This document shows, one piece after another, positions 9,123-17,041 of a DNA stretch of 64,000 nt. Positions within the stretch are counted from its first letter, which is position 1, and every line of letters begins with the position of its first letter. Location of the stretch: NCBI GenBank assembly GCA_965247145.1, contig CBDFGH010000003.1:33085-97084 (forward strand), in the 5' to 3' direction. The position numbers were made by a program, and so were the translations under genes. The notes beneath the pieces are model-generated. The model worked only from the letters and a program-made list of their open reading frames with translations, made no database searches and was not told the origin of the DNA. The stretch is from Rickettsiales bacterium (GTDB lineage: Bacteria; Pseudomonadota; Alphaproteobacteria; Rickettsiales; JAIXRX01).

Positions 9123-9300
9123 TCGACTTTGCCTTGGATGCGGCAGCTGGCTTTAGGGAACGCACCTGGCCATTTTTGTTAGCGTGGGAAGGTATATTTT
9201 GAGCGGGAGTAAGCGGCTTCAGGGTAATGTAACCTGACGTGTCAAACTTGTGGTTGGCAATGCTCGCCCGTAACGAGGCAACCTTATTAGCCTGTGCCAT
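9115..9300 (-). CDS. small basic hypothetical protein (61 aa), translationally coupled to the HAD gene
   Basis: The ORF runs from the internal ATG (MAQANKVASLRASIANHKF...). Its stop overlaps the HAD start by 8 nt (AATGCCTAA). No recognisable family. Confidence 0.35.
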   Translation of the reverse strand: MAQANKVASLRASIANHKFDTSGYITLKPLTPAQNIPSHANKNGQVRSLKPAAASKAKSNA

Positions 9301-9415
9301 AACAACCCTCGCCGAGATTCGCGCACTCCGCGTACGCATGAAGCAAGATTAACAGCAGCAGCCATTGCTGACTAGAATTTATTGGAAATATCCCGCGCTA
9401 TTTTACAGATTCCCA

Positions 9416-9733
9416 CTAACGGTTGTACAAATACTGCTGGAAGCCCATAAATACGCCACGGATGGATGCAATGCTTCCCAGCTTCGCCGTTGCATCGCTG
9501 ACGGCCTGATATTTCAGTTCTATTAGGCTCGGTAACTTGGCTTGGTCGAGCTCGTTCTCGCCTTCCTTCACATACTGCGACAGAACAAAATCTAGAAACT
9601 CACGCTGTTTATCATCGTAATGGGCGAATATGCTGTTCCTCTGTGTGGCGGCTCTATCCTGCCGCGTAAATAGGACTAAGGGCAAAGGCGATATAGGCCA
9701 GCACATCGAACAGGTCGCTTCTCTCTGCATCAA
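9416..9733 (-). pseudogene. hsdR: detached C-terminal segment of hsdR (EcoEI_R_C-like) in another frame
   Basis: TRQDRAATQRNSIFAHYDDKQREFLDFVLSQYVKEGENELDQAKLPSLIELKY..IRGVFMGFQQYLY is the usual C-terminal domain of type I R subunits. It continues the hsdR ORF after a 1-nt frame change near 9666-9681. Confidence 0.7.
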
Positions 9734-11735
9734 TCATCCGCTTGATTTCCGAAAGCTGTTCCGCGCCGAACCCTTTTTCCGATAGCTTGTCGAGTAGCGC
9801 CTTGCGGGTGTCGGGCTTGCTCCATATCCCTCGCAGCTCGTCTTCATCCTTGAACAGCTCAGGCAATTCACCGAATAGATTTTGTAGGAATTCGGCTGCC
9901 GATAACGGCTTGCCATCCGCACCCCAGAAGGTGGTTGCCATCATGCTCTGAATGGTGCGCTCCTTGCCATCCGCCAGCTTGATTTTGATTTTCTTGAGGC
10001 GCTGCTTGGGTTCTTCGCCACCCTCTGAGCCTTCGGTTGGCTTAGGCGCTTCATTGCTTTCGCCGCCCTTTTTCGTGGTTGGGGTAGGCTCCACTGGCTC
10101 ACCATCCCACTCAGGGTCATTGAAATGCTCATACGCCTTCACGAAATCGTAGATGGTGAAGTAATCCTTCCCATCAAACAGTCGCGTGCCGCGTCCGATA
10201 ATCTGTTTGAACTCAATCATTGAATTCACAGGACGCATTAGCACGATGTTGCGCACGTTGCGGGCATCCACCCCCGTCGTTAGCTTCTGCGAGGTAGTAA
10301 GGATGGTGGGGATGGTCTTTTCATTATCCTGAAACGCTTTGAGATGCTGCTCGCCTAGCGCGCCATCATGGGCAGTCACGCGCTCGCAGTAGCTGGGGCT
10401 CGGGCTGGTCTTCGTTTGGTTGATCAGGTCGCGCACGGCGGCGGCATGGTCTTGCGTAGCGCAAAACACAATCGTCTTCTCCCGCTGGTCAATAGCATCC
10501 ATGAACAGCTTAACGCGGTATTGCTCGCGCGCTTTAATCTCGATGATGCGGTTGAAGTCGCCCTCGGTGTAACGCTTGCCTTCTTCCAAGTCGCCCTCGA
10601 TGATTTCGTCATCGCGTGCGTAAACATAATCATCGAGCGTGGTGGCGATTTGCTTGACCTTGAATGGGGTCAGGAAGCCGTCATTGATGCCTTCTTTGAG
10701 AGAGTAGATGTAAACGGGGTCACCGAAATAGCGGTAGGTATCGACGTTGCCTTTGCGTTTGGGCGTAGCTGTCAGGCCAAGCTGCACAGCGGGCGAGAAA
10801 TACTCCAAAATACCGCGCCAGTTGCCCTCATCATTCGCGCCCCCGCGATGGCACTCGTCGATGATGATGAAATCGAAGAAGTCGGGCGGGTAATCGCCAA
10901 AGTTCGGCGCAGGCTTGCCCTCGGCATCCGTGCCGCTCATGAAGGTTTGGAAGATGGTGAAGAAGATGTTGCCGTTTTTCGGCACCCGGCCTTTTTTACG
11001 AATCTCATCAGGTGCAATCCGCACCAAAGCGTCTTCGGGAAAAGCTGAGAACGAGTTATAGGCTTGGTCGGCGAGGATGTTGCGGTCGGCAAGGAAAAGG
11101 ATGCGCGGGCGGCGCACTGGCTCGCGGCTCAGGTTCCAGCGGCTTTGAAATAGCTTCCACGCCAGCTGGAAGGCGATGAAGGTTTTACCTGTACCCGTCG
11201 CCAGCGTCAGCAACACACGGTCTTTACCATCCCCCACTGCTTCCAACGTTTTGCTAATGGCCAGTTCCTGATAATACCGCGCCTGCCACTGGCCACCCTT
11301 GTCTTCAAAAGGAATGGCAGCAAAGCGGTCGCGCCACGCGTTCTCTTTGGCAAAGGTGATGTTCCATAGTTCGTCGGGGGCGGGGTAGCAGGCCAGTTCG
11401 CCCTCGGCTCCCGTCTCCATGTCGATGCGGTAAACGGCATCGCCGTTGGTGGCATAGGCTGTGCGGATGCTCAGCTTCTCGGCATACGCTTTGGCTTGGG
11501 CAGCGCCGTCGCTCACGGGCAAGTCGCGCTTTTTCGCTTCAATCACCGCCAGTTTAGTGTTGCGATACACCAGCACATAATCAGCAATCAATGGCTTGCT
11601 ACGTTTACCTGCACCTTCCAGCCGCCCTTGGGTGATGTGGTATTCGCGGCTAATCCGGCTGCCCTCTACCACGCCCCAGCCAGCCGCTTTAAGGGCGGGG
11701 TCGATCAACTCGGCTCTGGTTTCGGATTCGTTCAT
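9654..11735 (-). CDS. hsdR: type I restriction enzyme R subunit (3' end frameshifted)
   Basis: 693 aa. SF2 helicase motifs LATGTGKT (I) and IIIDECHRG (II) are present, with the type I R layout. A 1-nt gap separates its start from the upstream gene's stop. Confidence 0.9.
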   Translation of the reverse strand: MNESETRAELIDPALKAAGWGVVEGSRISREYHITQGRLEGAGKRSKPLIADYVLVYRNTKLAVIEAKKRDLPVSDGAAQAKAYAEKLSIRTAYATNGDAVYRIDMETGAEGELACYPAPDELWNITFAKENAWRDRFAAIPFEDKGGQWQARYYQELAISKTLEAVGDGKDRVLLTLATGTGKTFIAFQLAWKLFQSRWNLSREPVRRPRILFLADRNILADQAYNSFSAFPEDALVRIAPDEIRKKGRVPKNGNIFFTIFQTFMSGTDAEGKPAPNFGDYPPDFFDFIIIDECHRGGANDEGNWRGILEYFSPAVQLGLTATPKRKGNVDTYRYFGDPVYIYSLKEGINDGFLTPFKVKQIATTLDDYVYARDDEIIEGDLEEGKRYTEGDFNRIIEIKAREQYRVKLFMDAIDQREKTIVFCATQDHAAAVRDLINQTKTSPSPSYCERVTAHDGALGEQHLKAFQDNEKTIPTILTTSQKLTTGVDARNVRNIVLMRPVNSMIEFKQIIGRGTRLFDGKDYFTIYDFVKAYEHFNDPEWDGEPVEPTPTTKKGGESNEAPKPTEGSEGGEEPKQRLKKIKIKLADGKERTIQSMMATTFWGADGKPLSAAEFLQNLFGELPELFKDEDELRGIWSKPDTRKALLDKLSEKGFGAEQLSEIKRMIDAERSDLFDVLAYIAFALSPIYAAG

Positions 11736-11736
11736 A

Positions 11737-12666
11737 TCACGCCTTCACCAAGGCAAAGCTGACTTTGTAGCGATAGAAGACGATGTTCGTCGTCATCGAC
11801 AACGCACGGCGAATTCTTTGGTCGTCCTCGTGCGCGATAATTGCGCCAAGCACCGTCTGCCCATCATCGGCCAACTCGTCCTGTACGAAACTCATATAGC
11901 GCATCGTCTGCCCCACAACCGCATCGCTGGCTCGGCCTTTCTTCAACTCCACAACCAGAAGCCGTTTCTTATCTTTGCTGATAGCCAGGATGTCGAGCGG
12001 TCCCGTATCGGTCTGGTATTGCTGCGCCTTAACGCCATCCTCTTCATAAATATCATAATCTTTACCCAGCTCGGTATGCGCCCAATTCTTGACAAGAAAC
12101 TCCTCTAAATGTGCTTCAAGCGCGAAGGAGGAAGGGTCTTCAACGGTTGCATCCGTAGAAATAAGAGTTGGCGCGCATACGCCCCCGATAAGTTTTACCA
12201 GTTCCTCACTATGCTTGGTGATATTGCTGGCTGTGCCGATGGCTCCTGTCGAATTACGTAGAGCTTCGCTCATTTCCGAGCGGTTAATTGCAACGTTCAG
12301 CCATCTGACGGGCCGACGGTGCGGCAGAATTTTCCCCGCCTCATAATAGTATCCGCCAGTCACCTCACCAACACGATACTTGCCCGTGCCATCGGGACAC
12401 AGCAGCACATCCCCTTGCTGAATTCCCTTGGAAACTGTCCATAACGCACCACACGCAAGACCAGCACTGATCTTTGATTTGTCGGGAAAAGCGGCAAGGT
12501 AAATGGGGATGAACTCTTTGTTGAATGCACGCCATTCCTCAGGCAACTTATGCGCGAGGTTTTGGTGAATACCAAAATCCGTTCCAATGAAGTCCCCCGC
12601 GAAGCATTCCTCGGAATAAACGCTCTTTTGCCCTAGCATGATGCGGTAGTAGCTTTTCATGCTCAT
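11737..12666 (-). CDS. PD-(D/E)xK nuclease-like protein (NucS/DUF91-like C-terminal domain) with unassigned N-terminal domain
   Basis: 309 aa. The C-terminal half (LEEFLVKNW..QYQTDTGPLDILAISKDKKRLLVVELKKGRASDAVVGQTMRYMSFV) has the D..ExK core and context of DUF91/NucS-type endonucleases. It is embedded between hsdS (4-nt overlap) and hsdR (1-nt gap). Confidence 0.6.
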   Translation of the reverse strand: MSMKSYYRIMLGQKSVYSEECFAGDFIGTDFGIHQNLAHKLPEEWRAFNKEFIPIYLAAFPDKSKISAGLACGALWTVSKGIQQGDVLLCPDGTGKYRVGEVTGGYYYEAGKILPHRRPVRWLNVAINRSEMSEALRNSTGAIGTASNITKHSEELVKLIGGVCAPTLISTDATVEDPSSFALEAHLEEFLVKNWAHTELGKDYDIYEEDGVKAQQYQTDTGPLDILAISKDKKRLLVVELKKGRASDAVVGQTMRYMSFVQDELADDGQTVLGAIIAHEDDQRIRRALSMTTNIVFYRYKVSFALVKA

Positions 12667-13901
12667 GCGGCCAGCCTATCCATGTGCAATTCACCCGCAA
12701 AGGCTTTTTGCAGGATGGACTGTTTCAGCGCGGCCAGATAATCCACCTTTTGCTGGTAGATGGCTTCGAGCCGACGCGTTTCAGTGGCGAGAGTGTCGAG
12801 TTGAATAACGATGCGATGTTGTTCCGAAGGAGATGAAGGTACTCTTAGCGGCCAATTCTCAACAGTGGTTTTGGTTATCGATGGGAGGTGCGCCTTATTA
12901 GCAAAATCAGAAAGGTTATGACCTAGAAAAAAATAATACAGAAACCCGCTAATGATTTGCGTTCCCCTAGGAATCACGCCCATTACATTATTATCGACGC
13001 AGCAATTATTAATGACTAGCCGCTTCTTATTTGTGGCGATTGCTCCACCGACCTTAGGAAAGATTACGCTACCTTTGGGAAAAATACTTGCACGAAGTTC
13101 TTTCCTGACTTCTTCGGTAACCGAATTGTTTTCGTGTAGCATTTGACGTTCGTTACCCGGAAGATTCATATCGCTAACCTTATAAAAAGGTATGCCTCCT
13201 GTAACCTTTCCCTGATGCTTAGTTGGGAAACCAGAACCTGATTGCACCACGACTAAATCCCCCAGCTTTTTCTCCACCCACCCATTGCCTTGGGTGGTGA
13301 AAATGGATTGCAGGTGGCTTTCAAAAAGCTCGCGGGCGTTTTGCAGGTTCTTCTTGGCGTTCTCGGTCGCGGCTGCAATCCCCGCAAACGCCTTATCCAA
13401 CATCGCCACAATACGCTGCTGCTCGCGGAGCGGGGGAACTGGAATGGAAACTTGGCCCAGATTGCTACGGCTAATTCGCTGCCTTGTCGCACCGGTAATC
13501 AACGATTCAACGCTACTCAAATACGAATGAGACTGCGCGTAGTAGTTAAAGTAATGGGCGTTTATCTTGTCGCGCTTGAACCTAATGATTGTGCAATCAA
13601 CTGCCGTAATCATCTTTTCACCGACATTGGGGATGATACAGGCACGGCCAACAGGGTCGGGCAACCTAGAAACTAGGCAATCTCCTTCAACTATCTCGGT
13701 GCATTTTAGGCGTAAGAAAGTGTCTTCCGAAATATAGCGAGCCTTTTCTGCCCTATCCTTGAATTGGCCAACTCCAACGTTGCCTGTCTGAATTAGGCGA
13801 ATACCGTCATCTGATTGGTCTTTCGATTCAATCCAATCGCCATCGTCAAACAGAATGCATAACTCTCCCAGCTTTCTTATCTGCCACTCGATTTGCATCA
13901 C
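12663..13901 (-). CDS. hsdS: type I restriction-modification specificity subunit
   Basis: 412 aa. Two variable target-recognition halves are each followed by a conserved helix (LREQQRIVAMLDKAFAGI and EQHRIVIQLDTLATETRRLEAIYQQK). The start is GTG at 13901 or ATG at 13898. Confidence 0.85.
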   Translation of the reverse strand: MMQIEWQIRKLGELCILFDDGDWIESKDQSDDGIRLIQTGNVGVGQFKDRAEKARYISEDTFLRLKCTEIVEGDCLVSRLPDPVGRACIIPNVGEKMITAVDCTIIRFKRDKINAHYFNYYAQSHSYLSSVESLITGATRQRISRSNLGQVSIPVPPLREQQRIVAMLDKAFAGIAAATENAKKNLQNARELFESHLQSIFTTQGNGWVEKKLGDLVVVQSGSGFPTKHQGKVTGGIPFYKVSDMNLPGNERQMLHENNSVTEEVRKELRASIFPKGSVIFPKVGGAIATNKKRLVINNCCVDNNVMGVIPRGTQIISGFLYYFFLGHNLSDFANKAHLPSITKTTVENWPLRVPSSPSEQHRIVIQLDTLATETRRLEAIYQQKVDYLAALKQSILQKAFAGELHMDRLAA

Positions 13902-13902
13902 T

Positions 13903-14739
13903 CTAATCCCTGATTTTCTTCTGCTTTGGTGGTGGCAAATAGTTAGTGGAGGAAATGACGGTCTTGCCTGTTTTTCCTTCTAGTTCCAGCCGCGCTTTTT
14001 TAGCAATCCCGCCGCCTGTTTTGCCAGCCTTCGCATTTTCTTCCATGCCTGTTGCCTGCATATTCTCGGCAATTTGGCGGGTGGATAGTTCGGCCAGTGC
14101 GGTGAAAATTAGCTCCGCCTCGCTCATATGGTCACGCAGATTATGGCTTTTCAATCCCTTGACCTTCTTGTGGTTGCCAACACTCAGCCCCGTCCATTCC
14201 TGATGGATGATGTTGGTGAGGATGGCAAATTCTTGCCCTTCTTTAATATCGTGCTCTTTCCAATAATCGGTCAGCTTGTTACGGGTTTCTTGTCCCATCA
14301 TCCGCTGCTGCACCCACTTCTCACTCCGCCCATGCTGCATCCATGTCTCGCGTGCTCGGTTGAGCGACCTCTCAGGGTCAGCCATCTCCTGCATCCGCTC
14401 GTAACCCACCTTTGCCAGCCATAACTTAATGGGTTCTGCTTTCGGGCTTGGCACCGATTGAATCAGACGCAATATGGTTTCAGGACTGGCGACATCGGTG
14501 AGGTATTTTTTACCATCTGACGCCTCTAATTTCAGTCGGTGACAATTTGTCACCGACTCACTGCCTTCCTTGGTGAGCCGACCTTTCAGCTTATTCCAGT
14601 ACTTCCTCGCCGTCTGATAATCGGGCTGTTGTGTCAACGCCTGTATAATGTCGATTATCGAGAAAACCCATGTGTCGGTCTTCTCATCGTACAACCTGCG
14701 GATGTCGTACTCTTCAAAAATCACTAAATTGTTTTTCAT
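13903..14739 (-). CDS. Bro-N domain / DinD-like DNA-binding protein
   Basis: 278 aa. The N-terminus (IFEEYDIRRLYDEKTDTWVFSIIDIIQAL) is Bro-N-like. The rest (PSPKAEPIKLWLAKVGYERMQE, NLRDHMSEAELIFTALAE) resembles DNA-damage-inducible protein D family proteins. It is inserted between hsdM and hsdS with an ATGA overlap. Confidence 0.6.
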   Translation of the reverse strand: MKNNLVIFEEYDIRRLYDEKTDTWVFSIIDIIQALTQQPDYQTARKYWNKLKGRLTKEGSESVTNCHRLKLEASDGKKYLTDVASPETILRLIQSVPSPKAEPIKLWLAKVGYERMQEMADPERSLNRARETWMQHGRSEKWVQQRMMGQETRNKLTDYWKEHDIKEGQEFAILTNIIHQEWTGLSVGNHKKVKGLKSHNLRDHMSEAELIFTALAELSTRQIAENMQATGMEENAKAGKTGGGIAKKARLELEGKTGKTVISSTNYLPPPKQKKIRD

Positions 14740-16190
14740 ACCAGCTCCCTGATTGAATTTAGAATTTTGGCACTCTCCGCATCCAATGTGATCATCTCAT
14801 CAATGATTTCCTGCGGCGTGGGGGTGGCCGCTTCTTCGGGCTTATTCGGGTTCTTCGTCGATAGGTCACAGGTAGTTTGGTCGATGCTCGCCGCATCCAC
14901 TGTCCATGAATTATCAGAATCGGCGAAGCTGGCTTGCAGTTTCACAAACTCTTTCAAATCCACGTCGTTTAACGGGTTGGTTTTGCCCATGTTGCGTTCG
15001 GGCTTTAGTTGATAGAACCACACTTTACGCGTGGCGGAACCTTTCTCGAAGAACAGCACCACCGTTTTTACCCCCGCACCTTGGAAGGTTCCCCCTGGGC
15101 AATCCAACACCGTGTGCAGGTTGCAGCTTGTCAGCAATTCCTTACGTAGGGCGACGGAGGCATTATCCGTATTGCTCAGGAAGGTGTTCTTGATGACAAT
15201 CGCTGCGCGGCCACCCGCTTTCAGGTACTTAATGAAATGCTGCAAGAACAGTGAGGCCGTCTCGCCTGTTTTGATGGGGAAGTTTTGCTGCACCTCCTTG
15301 CGCTCTTTCCCGCCGAAGGGTGGGTTGGCGAGGATGATGTCGAAACGGTCTTTTTCCTGAACGTCGCTGATATTCTCGGCCAGCGTATTGGTATGCAGTA
15401 TATTCGGTGTCTCGATGCCATGCAGAATCATGTTCATGATGGCAATGACATAAGCGAGGCTTTTCTTTTCCTTACCATAAAACGTACGCTGTTGCAGGGT
15501 TTGCAGGTCGCTCGTCGTCAGTTCCTTGCTGGCGCGCAAATACTCGTACGCCTCACACAAGAAGCCTGCGGAGCCGACTGCGCCATCGTAAATGCGCTCA
15601 CCGATTTTGGGCTTCGTCACCTGAATCATAGCGCGAATGAGTGGGCGTGGAGTGTAATACTCGCCGCCGTTGCGCCCCGCGTTACCCATGTTTTTGATGC
15701 GGGTTTCATAAAGGTGCGAGAGTTCGTGCTTTTCCTTCTGCGAGCGGAAGCGCAGTTCATCGACCCGTTCCAGCACGTCGCGCAGGGTAAAGCCGCTTTG
15801 CACCTTGTTGCGGATTTCGCCGAATATCTCACCGATTTTATATTCGATGGTGTCGGGGCTATCGGCCCTTTGCTTGAAACTTTTGAGGTAGGGGAACAGC
15901 TTTGCATCCACGAACTCGCGCAGGTCGTCGCCCGTCAGCGCGTTGTTATGGTCGAACAGGCCATCGGCGGCTTTTGGTGCTGCCCATGATTCCCAGCGGT
16001 ACGGTGCGTCGATAATATATTCGTAGGGCTTGCCGACCAGCTCGGCTTCCATCGCCCGCTCGTGCTCCAAATCGTCGAGGTATTTCAGAAACAAAATCCA
16101 CGAGGTTTGCTCGGCGTAATCCAGCTCGCTGGTGCAGCCTGCATCCTTGTGCAGTACATCGTCGATATTCTTGAAGACTTGTTCGAACAT
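14736..16190 (-). CDS. hsdM: type I restriction-modification N6-adenine DNA methyltransferase subunit
   Basis: It has an HsdM_N segment (LDYAEQTSWILFLKYLDD), SAM motif DGAVGSAGFL and catalytic NPPFGG. The start is taken at MFEQVFKNIDD; the listed ORF extends 35 codons further upstream. Confidence 0.9.
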   Translation of the reverse strand: MFEQVFKNIDDVLHKDAGCTSELDYAEQTSWILFLKYLDDLEHERAMEAELVGKPYEYIIDAPYRWESWAAPKAADGLFDHNNALTGDDLREFVDAKLFPYLKSFKQRADSPDTIEYKIGEIFGEIRNKVQSGFTLRDVLERVDELRFRSQKEKHELSHLYETRIKNMGNAGRNGGEYYTPRPLIRAMIQVTKPKIGERIYDGAVGSAGFLCEAYEYLRASKELTTSDLQTLQQRTFYGKEKKSLAYVIAIMNMILHGIETPNILHTNTLAENISDVQEKDRFDIILANPPFGGKERKEVQQNFPIKTGETASLFLQHFIKYLKAGGRAAIVIKNTFLSNTDNASVALRKELLTSCNLHTVLDCPGGTFQGAGVKTVVLFFEKGSATRKVWFYQLKPERNMGKTNPLNDVDLKEFVKLQASFADSDNSWTVDAASIDQTTCDLSTKNPNKPEEAATPTPQEIIDEMITLDAESAKILNSIRELV

Positions 16191-16278
16191 TGCGGTGCCC
16201 TGTTGGGAGTTGTTTTGGGGCAACTTAGGCAGTTGTTTAGCTACTGTAAACGCTGGGAGTACAAATAGGCTTATGACT

Positions 16279-16896
16279 TCACATAAACCTACCAAACCGC
16301 ACCATCATCCCCGCCAGCCCGCATTCCACCGCCTGTTCAATTTCATCCACCTTGCGGCGGTAGGTTCGCCAGTGCATGCCTTTGGGTTTCTCGCCATAGA
16401 ATCCATCAATCGCATTGCCATCATGGCCTAACTTGGCCGCGAGCTTAAATGCCCTGTCGGATTGATTATCATAGTAGCCTTTGTTTTGGGTGGAATAGCC
16501 CATTCGCCAGCAATGGCGGCAGGCGAATATATTGCCTAGATAGAGCACAGCAACACGCTTGCCACACCGTGCAGCGGGGCACCGAAACCACCACCGCTTG
16601 CCGCCATAGTTCGGCGTGGTGGCCGTGAGGTAAATTTTATAGTCATGCTTTTCTTGGGAATTAGTGTTTGTGTAATTCACCCGCAACCACGGAAAATCGA
16701 CATCGGCCATGTTGATTTCATAGCTGATACTGCTCATCACTTCATCGTTACGCGTCCAATGCCAGCCGCCATGCCTATGGTTGCCCGCACGCACCACTCC
16801 CAACTCCACCAAGCGCGACATGCGGAAAGCGTGAAAGCTCTCCTCGGTCGATTTACCGCCGCCCCTATAATATGAGCCGCTTCCATACCCACCCAT
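16279..16896 (-). CDS. hypothetical protein with four-Cys zinc-ribbon-like motif
   Basis: 205 aa with a Gly-rich N-terminus and the motif CPAARCGKRV..ACRHCW. From memory, similar proteins accompany primase genes of integrated elements. Function unknown. Confidence 0.5.
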   Translation of the reverse strand: MGGYGSGSYYRGGGKSTEESFHAFRMSRLVELGVVRAGNHRHGGWHWTRNDEVMSSISYEINMADVDFPWLRVNYTNTNSQEKHDYKIYLTATTPNYGGKRWWFRCPAARCGKRVAVLYLGNIFACRHCWRMGYSTQNKGYYDNQSDRAFKLAAKLGHDGNAIDGFYGEKPKGMHWRTYRRKVDEIEQAVECGLAGMMVRFGRFM

Positions 16897-17041
16897 ACAT
16901 TCTCCTTTTTACCGAAATCATTAGGCAAATAGCTATTGTCAACAAATCCGTTACGGCTGTTGACTGCAATATGAAGATTGCGAAGATGTCGAAGATAAAA
17001 CTTGTCTTCGGTGTGCCACCTTCAACATCGACGCGGTATCT

